Shown one piece after another: positions 1-8,647 of a stretch of 52,970 bases of DNA. This DNA comes from Gemmatimonadaceae bacterium. Its GTDB lineage: Bacteria > Gemmatimonadota > Gemmatimonadetes > Gemmatimonadales > Gemmatimonadaceae. The stretch's first letter is position 1. The number at the start of each line of letters is the position of its first letter. A model generated the notes under the pieces. It searched no databases, was not told the DNA's origin, and saw nothing but the letters and a program-made list of their open reading frames with translations. The DNA lies in contig JBGAJQ010000036.1 of NCBI GenBank assembly GCA_044224875.1, forward strand, positions 1-52,970, in the 5' to 3' direction. The translations under genes were made by a program, and so were the position numbers.

Positions 1-1755
1 AGCGACGGGGTGTACAAGGGCAAGCCGATGGCGTGCGTGTCGTGCCACCAGACGGACTACAACGGGACCAAGAACCCACCGCACGCGGCGGCCGGTTTCT
101 CGACGCTGTGCCAGAGCTGCCATACCACCGTGAAGTGGCAGGGCGGAACGTTCGACCATAACACGACGAAGTTCCCCCTCACGGGCGGGCACGTGGCCGC
201 GACGTGTCTCGACTGCCACAGTGATGGGGTCTACAAGGGCAAGTCGACGGTCTGCTCGACGTGCCACATGACGGACTACAACGGGACCGTGTCGCCAAAT
301 CACAAGGCGTCGGGCTTCCCAACGACGTGCGAGACCTGCCACACCACCACCGCTTGGAAGGGCGCTCCCTTCGATCACTCGAAGACGCTATTCCCGTTGA
401 CTGGCGCGCACCTCACCGCCACCTGCAACGACTGCCACTCCGACGGCGTGTACAAGGGCAAGCCCACCGCGTGCGTCTCGTGTCACCAGACGGACTACAA
501 TGGCACGACGAATCCTCCGCATGCCGCCGCCGGCTTCTCCACGTTGTGCCAGACGTGTCATACCACGACGCAGTGGAAGGGCGGGAAGTTCGACCACAAC
601 ACCACCAAGTTCCCGTTGACCGGCGGGCATCTGACGGCGACCTGCATGGACTGCCACAGCGACGGCGTGTACAAGGGCAAGTCGACGGTGTGTTCGACGT
701 GCCACATGACGGATTACAACAGCACGACGTCGCCGAACCACAAGGCGTCCGGGTTCCCGACCACGTGCGAGACATGCCATACCACGACGGCCTGGAAGGG
801 GGCGCCGTTCGACCACAGCAAGACACTATTCCCACTGACGGGCGCGCACCTCACCGCCACCTGCAACGATTGTCACAGCGACGGGGTCTACAAGGGGAAA
901 CCGACGGCCTGTGTCTCGTGTCACCAGGCGGATTACAACGGCACCAAGAACCCGCCGCACGCCGCGGCCGGCTTCTCCACGCTCTGCCAGACCTGTCATA
1001 CCACCGTGAAGTGGCAGGGCGGTACGTTCGACCACAGCAAGACCCTGTTCCCGCTCACCGGCGCGCACGCGACGGCGACGTGCATGGATTGCCACTCGGA
1101 CGGCGTCTACAAGGGCAAGCCGACGCTCTGCATCTCGTGCCACCAGGCCGACTGGAACCAAACAACGAAACCGAATCACGTGCAGTCGGGCTTCCCGACG
1201 ACGTGCCAAACCTGCCACACCACCACGCAGTGGCTAGGTGCCACATTCAATCACAGCACCACCAAGTTCCCACTGACCGGCGCGCACCTGGCGGCCACTT
1301 GCATGGACTGCCACTCGGACGGCGTCTACAAGGGCAAGCCCACGGCCTGCGTGAGCTGTCACCAGACGGACTACAACAACACCAAGAATCCACCGCACGC
1401 CGCAGCCGGCTTCCCGACGCTGTGCGATGCCTGCCACACGACCGTGAAGTGGACGGGGGCCGTGTTCGACCATAGCAAGACGTTGTTCCCGCTCACCGGC
1501 GCGCACCTGACGGCCACCTGCATGGACTGCCACAGCGACGGCGTCTACAAGGGCAAGCCGACGACGTGCGTCTCCTGCCACCAGACGGAATACAACGTCT
1601 CCACGAATCCGCACCACATCCAGGCGGGCTTCTCCACGCTCTGCCAGTCGTGTCACACGACGACAAAGTGGCCCGGTGCGCCGTACGACCACACCAAGAA
1701 CACCAGCTTCCCGCTGACCGGTGCTCACATTGGCCAGCAGTGCATCGCCTGCCAC
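1..1755 (+). repeat. Intragenic 219-nt (73-codon) tandem repeat, 8 units, followed by a more diverged ninth unit
   Basis: SDGVYKGK codons start at 1, 220, 439, 658, 877, 1096, 1315 and 1534 (period exactly 219). The ninth unit starts at 1756 after a one-codon insertion. Confidence 0.95.
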
Positions 1756-2130
1756 GCGAGCAAGGTCTACAACGGGCTAGCCACTACCTGCGTGTCGTGT
1801 CACCTGACGGACTACAACAATACGACCAACCCGAAGCACAGCACGTCCGGGTTCCCGACGACCTGCCAGGATTGCCACACCACGACGCAGTGGCAGGGGG
1901 CGACCTTTGACCACGACAAGGCCTACTTCCCGATTTACTCCGGCAACCATAAGAGTGAGTGGTCGCGGTGCTCGGATTGCCACGTGAACTCGAGTAACTA
2001 TCAGGTCTTCGAGTGCATCCTTTGTCACGAACACAGCAACAAGTCCAAGGTTGACAACGATCACAAGGGCAAGTCGGGCTACCAATACAAGAGTACCTCC
2101 TGCTACTCGTGCCACCCGCGAGGCAACTAG
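1..2130 (+). CDS. Large repetitive multiheme c-type cytochrome (5'-truncated; at least 29 CxxCH; cytochrome c3/c7-like three-heme repeats)
   Basis: Frame is open from base 1 (SDGVYKGK) to TAG 2130. I counted 29 CxxCH motifs. 73-aa repeat with FDH..T.FPLTGAH and three non-motif His per three hemes. Confidence 0.95.
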   Translation, partial: SDGVYKGKPMACVSCHQTDYNGTKNPPHAAAGFSTLCQSCHTTVKWQGGTFDHNTTKFPLTGGHVAATCLDCHSDGVYKGKSTVCSTCHMTDYNGTVSPNHKASGFPTTCETCHTTTAWKGAPFDHSKTLFPLTGAHLTATCNDCHSDGVYKGKPTACVSCHQTDYNGTTNPPHAAAGFSTLCQTCHTTTQWKGGKFDHNTTKFPLTGGHLTATCMDCHSDGVYKGKSTVCSTCHMTDYNSTTSPNHKASGFPTTCETCHTTTAWKGAPFDHSKTLFPLTGAHLTATCNDCHSDGVYKGKPTACVSCHQADYNGTKNPPHAAAGFSTLCQTCHTTVKWQGGTFDHSKTLFPLTGAHATATCMDCHSDGVYKGKPTLCISCHQADWNQTTKPNHVQSGFPTTCQTCHTTTQWLGATFNHSTTKFPLTGAHLAATCMDCHSDGVYKGKPTACVSCHQTDYNNTKNPPHAAAGFPTLCDACHTTVKWTGAVFDHSKTLFPLTGAHLTATCMDCHSDGVYKGKPTTCVSCHQTEYNVSTNPHHIQAGFSTLCQSCHTTTKWPGAPYDHTKNTSFPLTGAHIGQQCIACHASKVYNGLATTCVSCHLTDYNNTTNPKHSTSGFPTTCQDCHTTTQWQGATFDHDKAYFPIYSGNHKSEWSRCSDCHVNSSNYQVFECILCHEHSNKSKVDNDHKGKSGYQYKSTSCYSCHPRGN

Positions 2131-2132
2131 CG

Positions 2133-3767
2133 ATGCGGCAGGGCTGGTACCGTGTGTTGCAGCTGGTGGTCGTGGTGTGGCTGGCGCGCGCCAGCGAAGC
2201 CTTGGCGCAAGTGACGGCGGCCCCGGTCAAAGAGGTGACCTCGGCGGCCGCGCCGTCGATTGCATGGGCGCACGTCTCGTACATCTCCGGTGGCACCGTT
2301 TATCTGGACGCCGGATCCAAGCAAGGGCTGGCCACAGGATCGCGGCTGGAAGTCGTACGAGGCACGCAGAGTGTCGGTGAGCTGACGGTCGCCTATATCT
2401 CCTCCACTCGTGCGGCCTGCACGATTACCAGGAATAGCGTGGAGTTGGTCGTTGGCGACTCGGCCCGCTTCACGCCTGTCGCAGCACCGGAACCTGCTCC
2501 GGTTGCCGCGACGTCGTCTACGGCGGGGACCACGCCAACCGCGGCACGCCGGTCCTCGCGCAACAACGCGCTGCGTGGGCGTTTGGGAGTTCGGTATCTC
2601 TCGGTTGATCCTGGCGGAGGTGGCGCCAAGTGGACCCAGCCAGCGTTTGACCTGCGCCTGGACGGTCACTCGATCGGTGGCACACCGCTTGGCGTGGTGG
2701 TGGACGTGCGCGCGTACCGTCAGCGCTCCGGCGCCACCGGCCGCAATGCCTCGGCGTCGACCCGCGTGTATCAGGGATCGATTGAGCTGGCGAGTCCTGG
2801 CGCGCCGGTGCGCGTGGCCATGGGTCGGCAGATCACCGGGGCCCTGTCCACGATAGGGATCTTCGACGGCATCACGATCGAGGCGAATGGTTCGCACTTC
2901 AGTGGCGGAGCCGTCGCGGGGTCGCAACCCGATGCGCAGACTTTCGGCTTGTCGGGGGAAATCCGCGAGTACGGCGCGTACTTGCAAGCCCACAACAAGG
3001 CGGACGGATCGGGCGTCTGGTCGATGACCCTCGGTGCGATTGGCTCATACGACAAGGGGCAAATCGATCGCGAGTTCGCGTACCTGCAGGGGATGATCGT
3101 CTCTCGCAACTTCAGCCTCTATGCGACGCAGGAAGTCGATGTCAATCGCGGCTGGAAGGCGGATATCGAAGGGCGCTCCACCGTTCCCACGGCGACCTTT
3201 GCCACGGCGCGCTGGTCCCTGAGCGACGCGTTCTCCATCAATGCCGGTTACGACAATCGGCGGAGCGTACGGCTGTATCGCGACTTTGTGGATCCCGAGC
3301 TGGAGTTCGACGACGCGTTCCGCCAAGGCGGGTGGGCTGGCTTTTCCATCAATGCCGGGCGGCACTTCCGCATGTACACCGATGCGCGGCAGAGCTCGGG
3401 AGGATCCAGTGGAGACGCCCAGTCCTACACCGGATCGTTAGGCCTGTATCGGATGTCGGTTCTCGGACTCGGCTTTCAACTCCGGGCCACGCAGTACTCC
3501 GGCTCCGTCGCGCAGGGCCAGCTCATGTCCGGCTCACTCGAGTTGAATCCGTGGAACAAATTCCGGCTCGAGGCCAGCAGTGGCACACGCATCGATACTC
3601 GCGATCCCACCCCCACTGGCCTCCCGCGCAGCCGTCTCGACTGGCAGGGCCTCGACGTCGACTTCGGCATCGGACGCTCGTTCTACGTGATCCTCTCCGG
3701 GTACAGCGAGAAGGGTGATGCGGGCCGCAGCCTCCAGTCGTACGCGGGGTTGAGCTGGCGGTTCTAG
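2133..3767 (+). CDS. Putative outer-membrane beta-barrel protein with an N-terminal beta-domain and Pro/Ala/Thr linker
   Basis: ATG 2 nt after the cytochrome stop; Sec signal (..ASEALA/Q); alternating amphipathic beta-strands; C-terminus YAGLSWRF ending in Phe (BAM-type signal). Confidence 0.8.
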   Translation: MRQGWYRVLQLVVVVWLARASEALAQVTAAPVKEVTSAAAPSIAWAHVSYISGGTVYLDAGSKQGLATGSRLEVVRGTQSVGELTVAYISSTRAACTITRNSVELVVGDSARFTPVAAPEPAPVAATSSTAGTTPTAARRSSRNNALRGRLGVRYLSVDPGGGGAKWTQPAFDLRLDGHSIGGTPLGVVVDVRAYRQRSGATGRNASASTRVYQGSIELASPGAPVRVAMGRQITGALSTIGIFDGITIEANGSHFSGGAVAGSQPDAQTFGLSGEIREYGAYLQAHNKADGSGVWSMTLGAIGSYDKGQIDREFAYLQGMIVSRNFSLYATQEVDVNRGWKADIEGRSTVPTATFATARWSLSDAFSINAGYDNRRSVRLYRDFVDPELEFDDAFRQGGWAGFSINAGRHFRMYTDARQSSGGSSGDAQSYTGSLGLYRMSVLGLGFQLRATQYSGSVAQGQLMSGSLELNPWNKFRLEASSGTRIDTRDPTPTGLPRSRLDWQGLDVDFGIGRSFYVILSGYSEKGDAGRSLQSYAGLSWRF

Positions 3768-4178
3768 CGCGAGGCATGCGCGACACCCCGCGACCAGTCG
3801 GCGGGACGCGCGTCCTTGAGGAAGTTCGATCGGGAGGCCATGGCCACGTTGTACGCCCGGCCAATGCCACTCTCCAGCGTCGTCAGAGGTCCAAATTTCT
3901 GCGGGTGATGGTGACGCCGCGCTTGGCGCGCCGGACGGCCGCCGGTGACTCGACGCTGCTCACCCCTGCCGAGCGACTTGCGGCGCCGAGAGCCCATCGA
4001 GTCGAGAAGGCTTCGATCGCCGTTCAATAGCCGTTGGGCATCCGTCGCTCGCGTACGACATGGAGGGTTGGGATCGCCCCGACTGGACCTGCCCGCCAAG
4101 CTCGGCCCGCTGGTGGCGGGCTTGTCGCGGATCGTGGCACCCGCCAGCTTGCACCCGTTCCTCCGCCTTGCTGCGTCG

Positions 4179-6434
4179 ATGCCCCCTCTCCCCGCCACTC
4201 CGCTTGCCCTCACTGCCGGTTCCGTGCTGGCGGGGCGCTACGTGGTGGAACGTATCGTCGGCCGGGGAGGCTCGGCCACCGTCTATCTTGCAGCTGACGA
4301 GAAGCATGGCCGGCCAGTCGCCATCAAGGTACTACACGCCGATGTGGCCGCCGCCGTGGGTGCCGAGCGCTTCCTGCAGGAGATCCGCATTGCGGCGCGA
4401 TTGACGCATCCGCACATCCTGGGGCTGATCGACAGCGGTGAGTCTGACGGCGTCATCTACTACGTCATGCCCTTCGTACCAGAAGGTTCCCTGGCCGATC
4501 GCTTGCGTTCGGGGATGCCGGTGCCGATCACGCAGGTCGAGCGCGTTGTGCGCGAGATCGGGAGCGCGCTGGATTTCGCACACCAGAGCGGGTTTGTACA
4601 TCGCGACGTGAAGCCGCAAAACATCCTCTTCAGCGATGGTCACGCGCTACTCGCCGATTTCGGTGTGGCGCGTGTGTGCGGGAAGAGCATGGCACAGGCG
4701 ATCACCACAGGTGGGTTGGTGGTCGGCACACCGGAGTATATGAGTCCGGAGCAAGCCAGCGGCGATCCGGCGGTCAACGAAGCGAGTGACCAATACAGCC
4801 TGGCGTGCGTGGCGTTCGAGATGCTGACGGGCGAGCCACCGTTCCGCGGAGCCAACGCCCAGGCCACGCTTGCGAAGCACGTGATGGACGCGCCACGACT
4901 GGTTCGGTTGTTACGGCCGGACGCGACGCTGGCCATTGACCGTGCCGTCGCCCGCGCGCTGGCCAAGCAGCCAGCCGACCGGTTTGCAAACCTGAATGCG
5001 TTTGCCGATGCGCTGGCAGGCGATGGAGCTGGCGGGCGCTTGCCGATGGATGGTGACCTGTCGCTCTACATCGCCGTATTGCCGTTCGTCAATGCCAGCT
5101 CGGATCCGGAGAACGACTACCTGAGCGATGGGATCACGGATGAGCTGATCAGCGCGCTCGCCAAGGTCGATGGGCTTCGTGTCGCCTCGCGCACGTCGGT
5201 CTTCGCGCTCAAGGGCAGGGCGCAGGACGTTCGCGCCGTCGGCGCCCTGCTGGGGACCACGTGGGTGCTCGAAGGGAGTGTGCGTCGCGCGGGCGACCGA
5301 CTTCGGCTTGCGATTCAGCTGGTCTCTGTTGCTGACGGGCGCGTGCTCTGGAGCGAGGTATTCGATCGAGCCTTCAAGGATGTGTTCGATGTGCAGGAGG
5401 AGATCGCCCGCACGGTGGTGGCGCAGCTGCGTGGCACTTCCTTGGTGGGTCTTACCACGCAGGAGCGGCGACGCTACACCGAGAGCATCGACGCCTACGG
5501 GCTGTACCTGCGGGGGCGCTTTGCCTGGAGCAAGCGGACGGCCGACGGCGTTCGCCAGGCGATCACGTTCTTTGAACAGGCGATAGCGATCGACCCCAAG
5601 TACGCGCTGGCGTATACCGGGTTGGCGGATTCGTACGCGTTGAGTCTGGATTACAAGAGCGTACCGGTCGACGAGGGCTTTCGCATCGCCAAGTCTTATG
5701 CGCGCCAGGCGCTGGCGATGGACGAGTCCCTGGCCGAAGCGCACGCCTCGCTGGCGTGGGCCCATTTCATCTACGATTGGTCGTGGGACGATGCCGAGCG
5801 TGAGTTTCGTCGCGCGATTGAGTTGGATCCACAGTACGCGACGGCGCACCAATGGTATGCGCTGTTGCTGGCGGCTCGCGAACGACGGGAAGAGGCGCTG
5901 ATCGAGGCGCACATTGCCATGGACCTAGATCCCTCGTCCACGTCGATCCGCCGGAGCACGGGCTTTGTGTACTTCTACGCACGACGGTACGAGCAGGCAC
6001 GCTACCACCTGCTGCGAGCGATCGGCATGACGCCGCAGGCGGAGGAGAACTATCGGATGCTGGGGTTGGTGCTGGTGCAGCTGGGGGCATGCGACGAAGC
6101 GATCCGGGTACTGCGACGCGCCGTCAGCCTGGCCGGTGCCGGCAGCTACGACGAGGCAACCCTCGGCTACGCACTGGGGCGGGCCGGCCACCGTGCGGAG
6201 GCGCAGGAGATGCTCGGCCAGCTCACCGCCAGACGCAACGCGGACTATGTGTCGCCCGTTGCCTTCGCGCTGTTGCATCTGGGCCTCGGCGAATGGGACC
6301 GGGCCTTGGACGAGGCAGAGCGGGCGCTGGAAAATCGACGGGGCTGGCTGGCGTTCATGCGCGTGAATCCAGTGTTCGATCCGCTGCGCGGGTATCCGCG
6401 CTTTGGCGATATTCAGCGGCGAGCCGGCGTGTAG
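4179..6434 (+). CDS. Hanks-type Ser/Thr protein kinase with TolB-N/adenylate-cyclase-associated domain and TPR repeats
   Basis: GRGGSA, VAIK, HRDVKPQN, DFG and GTPEYMSPE motifs; IAVLPFVN..SD.ENDYLSDGITDELI domain; TPRs. Start codon uncertain. Confidence 0.93.
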   Translation: MPPLPATPLALTAGSVLAGRYVVERIVGRGGSATVYLAADEKHGRPVAIKVLHADVAAAVGAERFLQEIRIAARLTHPHILGLIDSGESDGVIYYVMPFVPEGSLADRLRSGMPVPITQVERVVREIGSALDFAHQSGFVHRDVKPQNILFSDGHALLADFGVARVCGKSMAQAITTGGLVVGTPEYMSPEQASGDPAVNEASDQYSLACVAFEMLTGEPPFRGANAQATLAKHVMDAPRLVRLLRPDATLAIDRAVARALAKQPADRFANLNAFADALAGDGAGGRLPMDGDLSLYIAVLPFVNASSDPENDYLSDGITDELISALAKVDGLRVASRTSVFALKGRAQDVRAVGALLGTTWVLEGSVRRAGDRLRLAIQLVSVADGRVLWSEVFDRAFKDVFDVQEEIARTVVAQLRGTSLVGLTTQERRRYTESIDAYGLYLRGRFAWSKRTADGVRQAITFFEQAIAIDPKYALAYTGLADSYALSLDYKSVPVDEGFRIAKSYARQALAMDESLAEAHASLAWAHFIYDWSWDDAEREFRRAIELDPQYATAHQWYALLLAARERREEALIEAHIAMDLDPSSTSIRRSTGFVYFYARRYEQARYHLLRAIGMTPQAEENYRMLGLVLVQLGACDEAIRVLRRAVSLAGAGSYDEATLGYALGRAGHRAEAQEMLGQLTARRNADYVSPVAFALLHLGLGEWDRALDEAERALENRRGWLAFMRVNPVFDPLRGYPRFGDIQRRAGV

Positions 6435-6451
6435 CCAGAGCCGTGCAGCGG

Positions 6452-7183
6452 TCAGCTCAAACGCACACCGAGGTCGATCGTGCCAGTGTATGCTCCACCG
6501 GACGCCGTCGGCTTCATCGTCAGTGCCGCCTTCTCCGACGATGTGAGGCTATTGAAGATGCCGTCAGCCGAGTTGAGCGTGTCGCGGCGACCCTTCGCCG
6601 TGTATGGTACCGATGCATGGACCACGTCCGTCACCGACTCATCGAAGAAGAATTGTGACGTGAACTCGTAGGTCTTGGTGGCGCCTGCAAACAAGCGGAG
6701 CTTGAAGTGGATGTGCACCGGGCGGCCCTGGTACCACCCTGGGTAAACCGTCGTGAACTGTGCCGTCCCGGCGGCATCGGTGATCTGGTAGCCCCGCAGG
6801 AATCGCTTGCCAGCGCCGGCCCCGCTTACGTCGGAGTACACGCCGGCGGAGTCGGCATGCCACACGTCCAGGTACGCCCCGGTGAGGGGCGTGCAGGCTG
6901 ACGACTCCACACGCGACACATTGAAGGCGAGGTTCAACAGGGCGCCGGATGATACCGCCCCCGACACGGGGTCCGACCGGATGTCGCTACGATTCAGCTT
7001 CTCGTCGATGAAGTACGGCCCTTCGGTCAAGGCGGCCGTGAGGATGCAGCCGGCCGGAACCGTTGTAGATCCGGTGACGTCGTCGGTCGCGCAACTCACG
7101 GCCATCTGTCCAACGGCAAGTGACGCGGCCGCGCTCGCGGCGCGCGACAGCAATGAGCGGCGATGCAGGAGGACTTGGCTCAC
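6452..7183 (-). CDS. Intradiol ring-cleavage dioxygenase-like protein, predicted Tat lipoprotein
   Basis: TEGPYF, DVWHAD..GVYS, LRGYQ and YPGWY.GR.VHIH motifs; RRSLL twin-arginine and AVSC lipobox-like signal. Confidence 0.88.
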   Translation of the reverse strand: MSQVLLHRRSLLSRAASAAASLAVGQMAVSCATDDVTGSTTVPAGCILTAALTEGPYFIDEKLNRSDIRSDPVSGAVSSGALLNLAFNVSRVESSACTPLTGAYLDVWHADSAGVYSDVSGAGAGKRFLRGYQITDAAGTAQFTTVYPGWYQGRPVHIHFKLRLFAGATKTYEFTSQFFFDESVTDVVHASVPYTAKGRRDTLNSADGIFNSLTSSEKAALTMKPTASGGAYTGTIDLGVRLS

Positions 7184-7573
7184 AGTTCGGAAGAAATGTA
7201 GTTGGGAGATTGCGGCGGCCGCGCGTACGCGGCATTGACGAGAACAACACCTGGGTGCGCGAAACCCCTAGCGCAGCTGGCGATTCTTTCTCTCGAGCGG
7301 CCTCCATGGTCGACCGCGATGTCAAGCGCGCTCCGCAGCCGGTGCGCGACTGGAAATCGAGGAGCTTCGGGTCACGAACACACGTCGCGGGTCTGCGAAG
7401 CTGACGCTGTCGTGAGGCAGATGGCCCAGCGTGAGGACTCGGCCCACGACCGCGCCTGTACCGAGCCGGAAAGTTGACGCGGTTGCACTTCCGAGGGCCG
7501 GAAGCCAGAATTCCATCCGAGCAGCCGAGTGTTCTCCAGCCGTCATAACTCGTTAGGCCTTCTCCTTGGACAC

Positions 7574-8629
7574 ATGCGCCAGCGCCTCGTCACGTCGCTC
7601 TCCTGCCTGATTCTCTCGGGCTTCACCCCAGCGCTCATCTCGGCCCAGGTTACGGGCAAGCCGACCAATGACCTTCCCAACCCGTACACGACCGTGGCCG
7701 GGTGGGCCAAAATGCCGGAAGGGCGCGTATGGGGATCGACCAGCGCGGTCGAGATCGACCGGGACGGCGCGAGCGTGTGGGTCGCCGAACGCTGTGGGGC
7801 GAACAGCTGTGGAACCTCCATGCTACCGGCGGTGCTGAAGTTTGACCCGACGGGAAAGGTCGTGGCAGCCTTTGGTGCCGGCCTCATGATCTCACCGCAC
7901 GGGATCGCGGTTGATCGCGAAGGCAATGTGTGGGTCACCGACTGTGCCTGCACCGCAGCCCGACCAACCGCCGATGCCAGCGCAACACCCAAGGGTCACC
8001 AGGTCTTCAAGTTTTCTCCGGACGGCAAGCTGCTGCTGAGCCTTGGCTCAGCGGGCGGCGCCAGGGAACCGGGGATGTTCTGGCAGCCCAATGACGTGCT
8101 CGTGGCGCCGAGCGGCGACATCTTCGTCGCGGAGGGGCACGCGTCGTCGGACGGTTCCAATGCGCGCATCCTGAAGTTCTCGAAGGATGGCGCGCTTCTG
8201 AAGACGTGGGGCCACTTTGGAAAGGGCCCCGGAGAGTTCGACCAGCCGCATGCCCTGGCCATGGACTCCAAGGGCCGCCTGTTTGTCGGCGACCGAGGCA
8301 ACAATCGCATCCAGATCTTTGATCAGGATGGTAAGCTGCTCGACACTTGGTACCAGTTCAGCCGGCCCAGCGGTCTCTACATCGACAAGCACGATCGGCT
8401 TTACGTCGCCGACTCGGAGTCCGGGTCCGTTGAGCAGGAGCACAGCGCATGGAAGCGAGGCATCCGAGTCGGCAGCGCCGTGGATGGCAGTGTGACGGCG
8501 CTGATTCCAGATCCGGCAGAGAAGGCAACGAACACCAGCGCCGCGGAGGGCGTCGCCGTGGACGCCGCGGGGAACATCTACGGAGCCGAGGTGGGGCCCC
8601 GGGCGCTCAAGCGCTACGTGAAGAAGTAG
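7574..8629 (+). CDS. Secreted NHL-repeat beta-propeller (peptidyl-alpha-hydroxyglycine alpha-amidating lyase-like)
   Basis: Signal peptide; PHGIAVD, PNDVLV, PHALAMD and DRGNNRIQIFD NHL blades. Confidence 0.85.
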   Translation: MRQRLVTSLSCLILSGFTPALISAQVTGKPTNDLPNPYTTVAGWAKMPEGRVWGSTSAVEIDRDGASVWVAERCGANSCGTSMLPAVLKFDPTGKVVAAFGAGLMISPHGIAVDREGNVWVTDCACTAARPTADASATPKGHQVFKFSPDGKLLLSLGSAGGAREPGMFWQPNDVLVAPSGDIFVAEGHASSDGSNARILKFSKDGALLKTWGHFGKGPGEFDQPHALAMDSKGRLFVGDRGNNRIQIFDQDGKLLDTWYQFSRPSGLYIDKHDRLYVADSESGSVEQEHSAWKRGIRVGSAVDGSVTALIPDPAEKATNTSAAEGVAVDAAGNIYGAEVGPRALKRYVKK

Positions 8630-8647
8630 CGCGTTAGGCGCTTGGGG

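Noticed and set aside
261..1475. 404-aa alternative-frame ORF inside the cytochrome gene
   Set aside because: Arg/Pro-rich shadow of a GC-rich repetitive gene, with no motifs.
1..1755. 219-nt periodicity as a CRISPR array or non-coding repeat
   Set aside because: The period is 73 codons, fully in frame, with synonymous variation and no unique spacers. It is a protein repeat.
3945..4178. Long N-terminal extension of the kinase ORF
   Set aside because: Low-complexity translation before the kinase domain; the ATG at 4179 is more plausible.
7322..7546. 74-aa minus-strand ORF with a faint metallo-beta-lactamase-like GH.P.DSVSF segment
   Set aside because: Too short, lacks HxHxDH, and the resemblance cannot be supported by eye.
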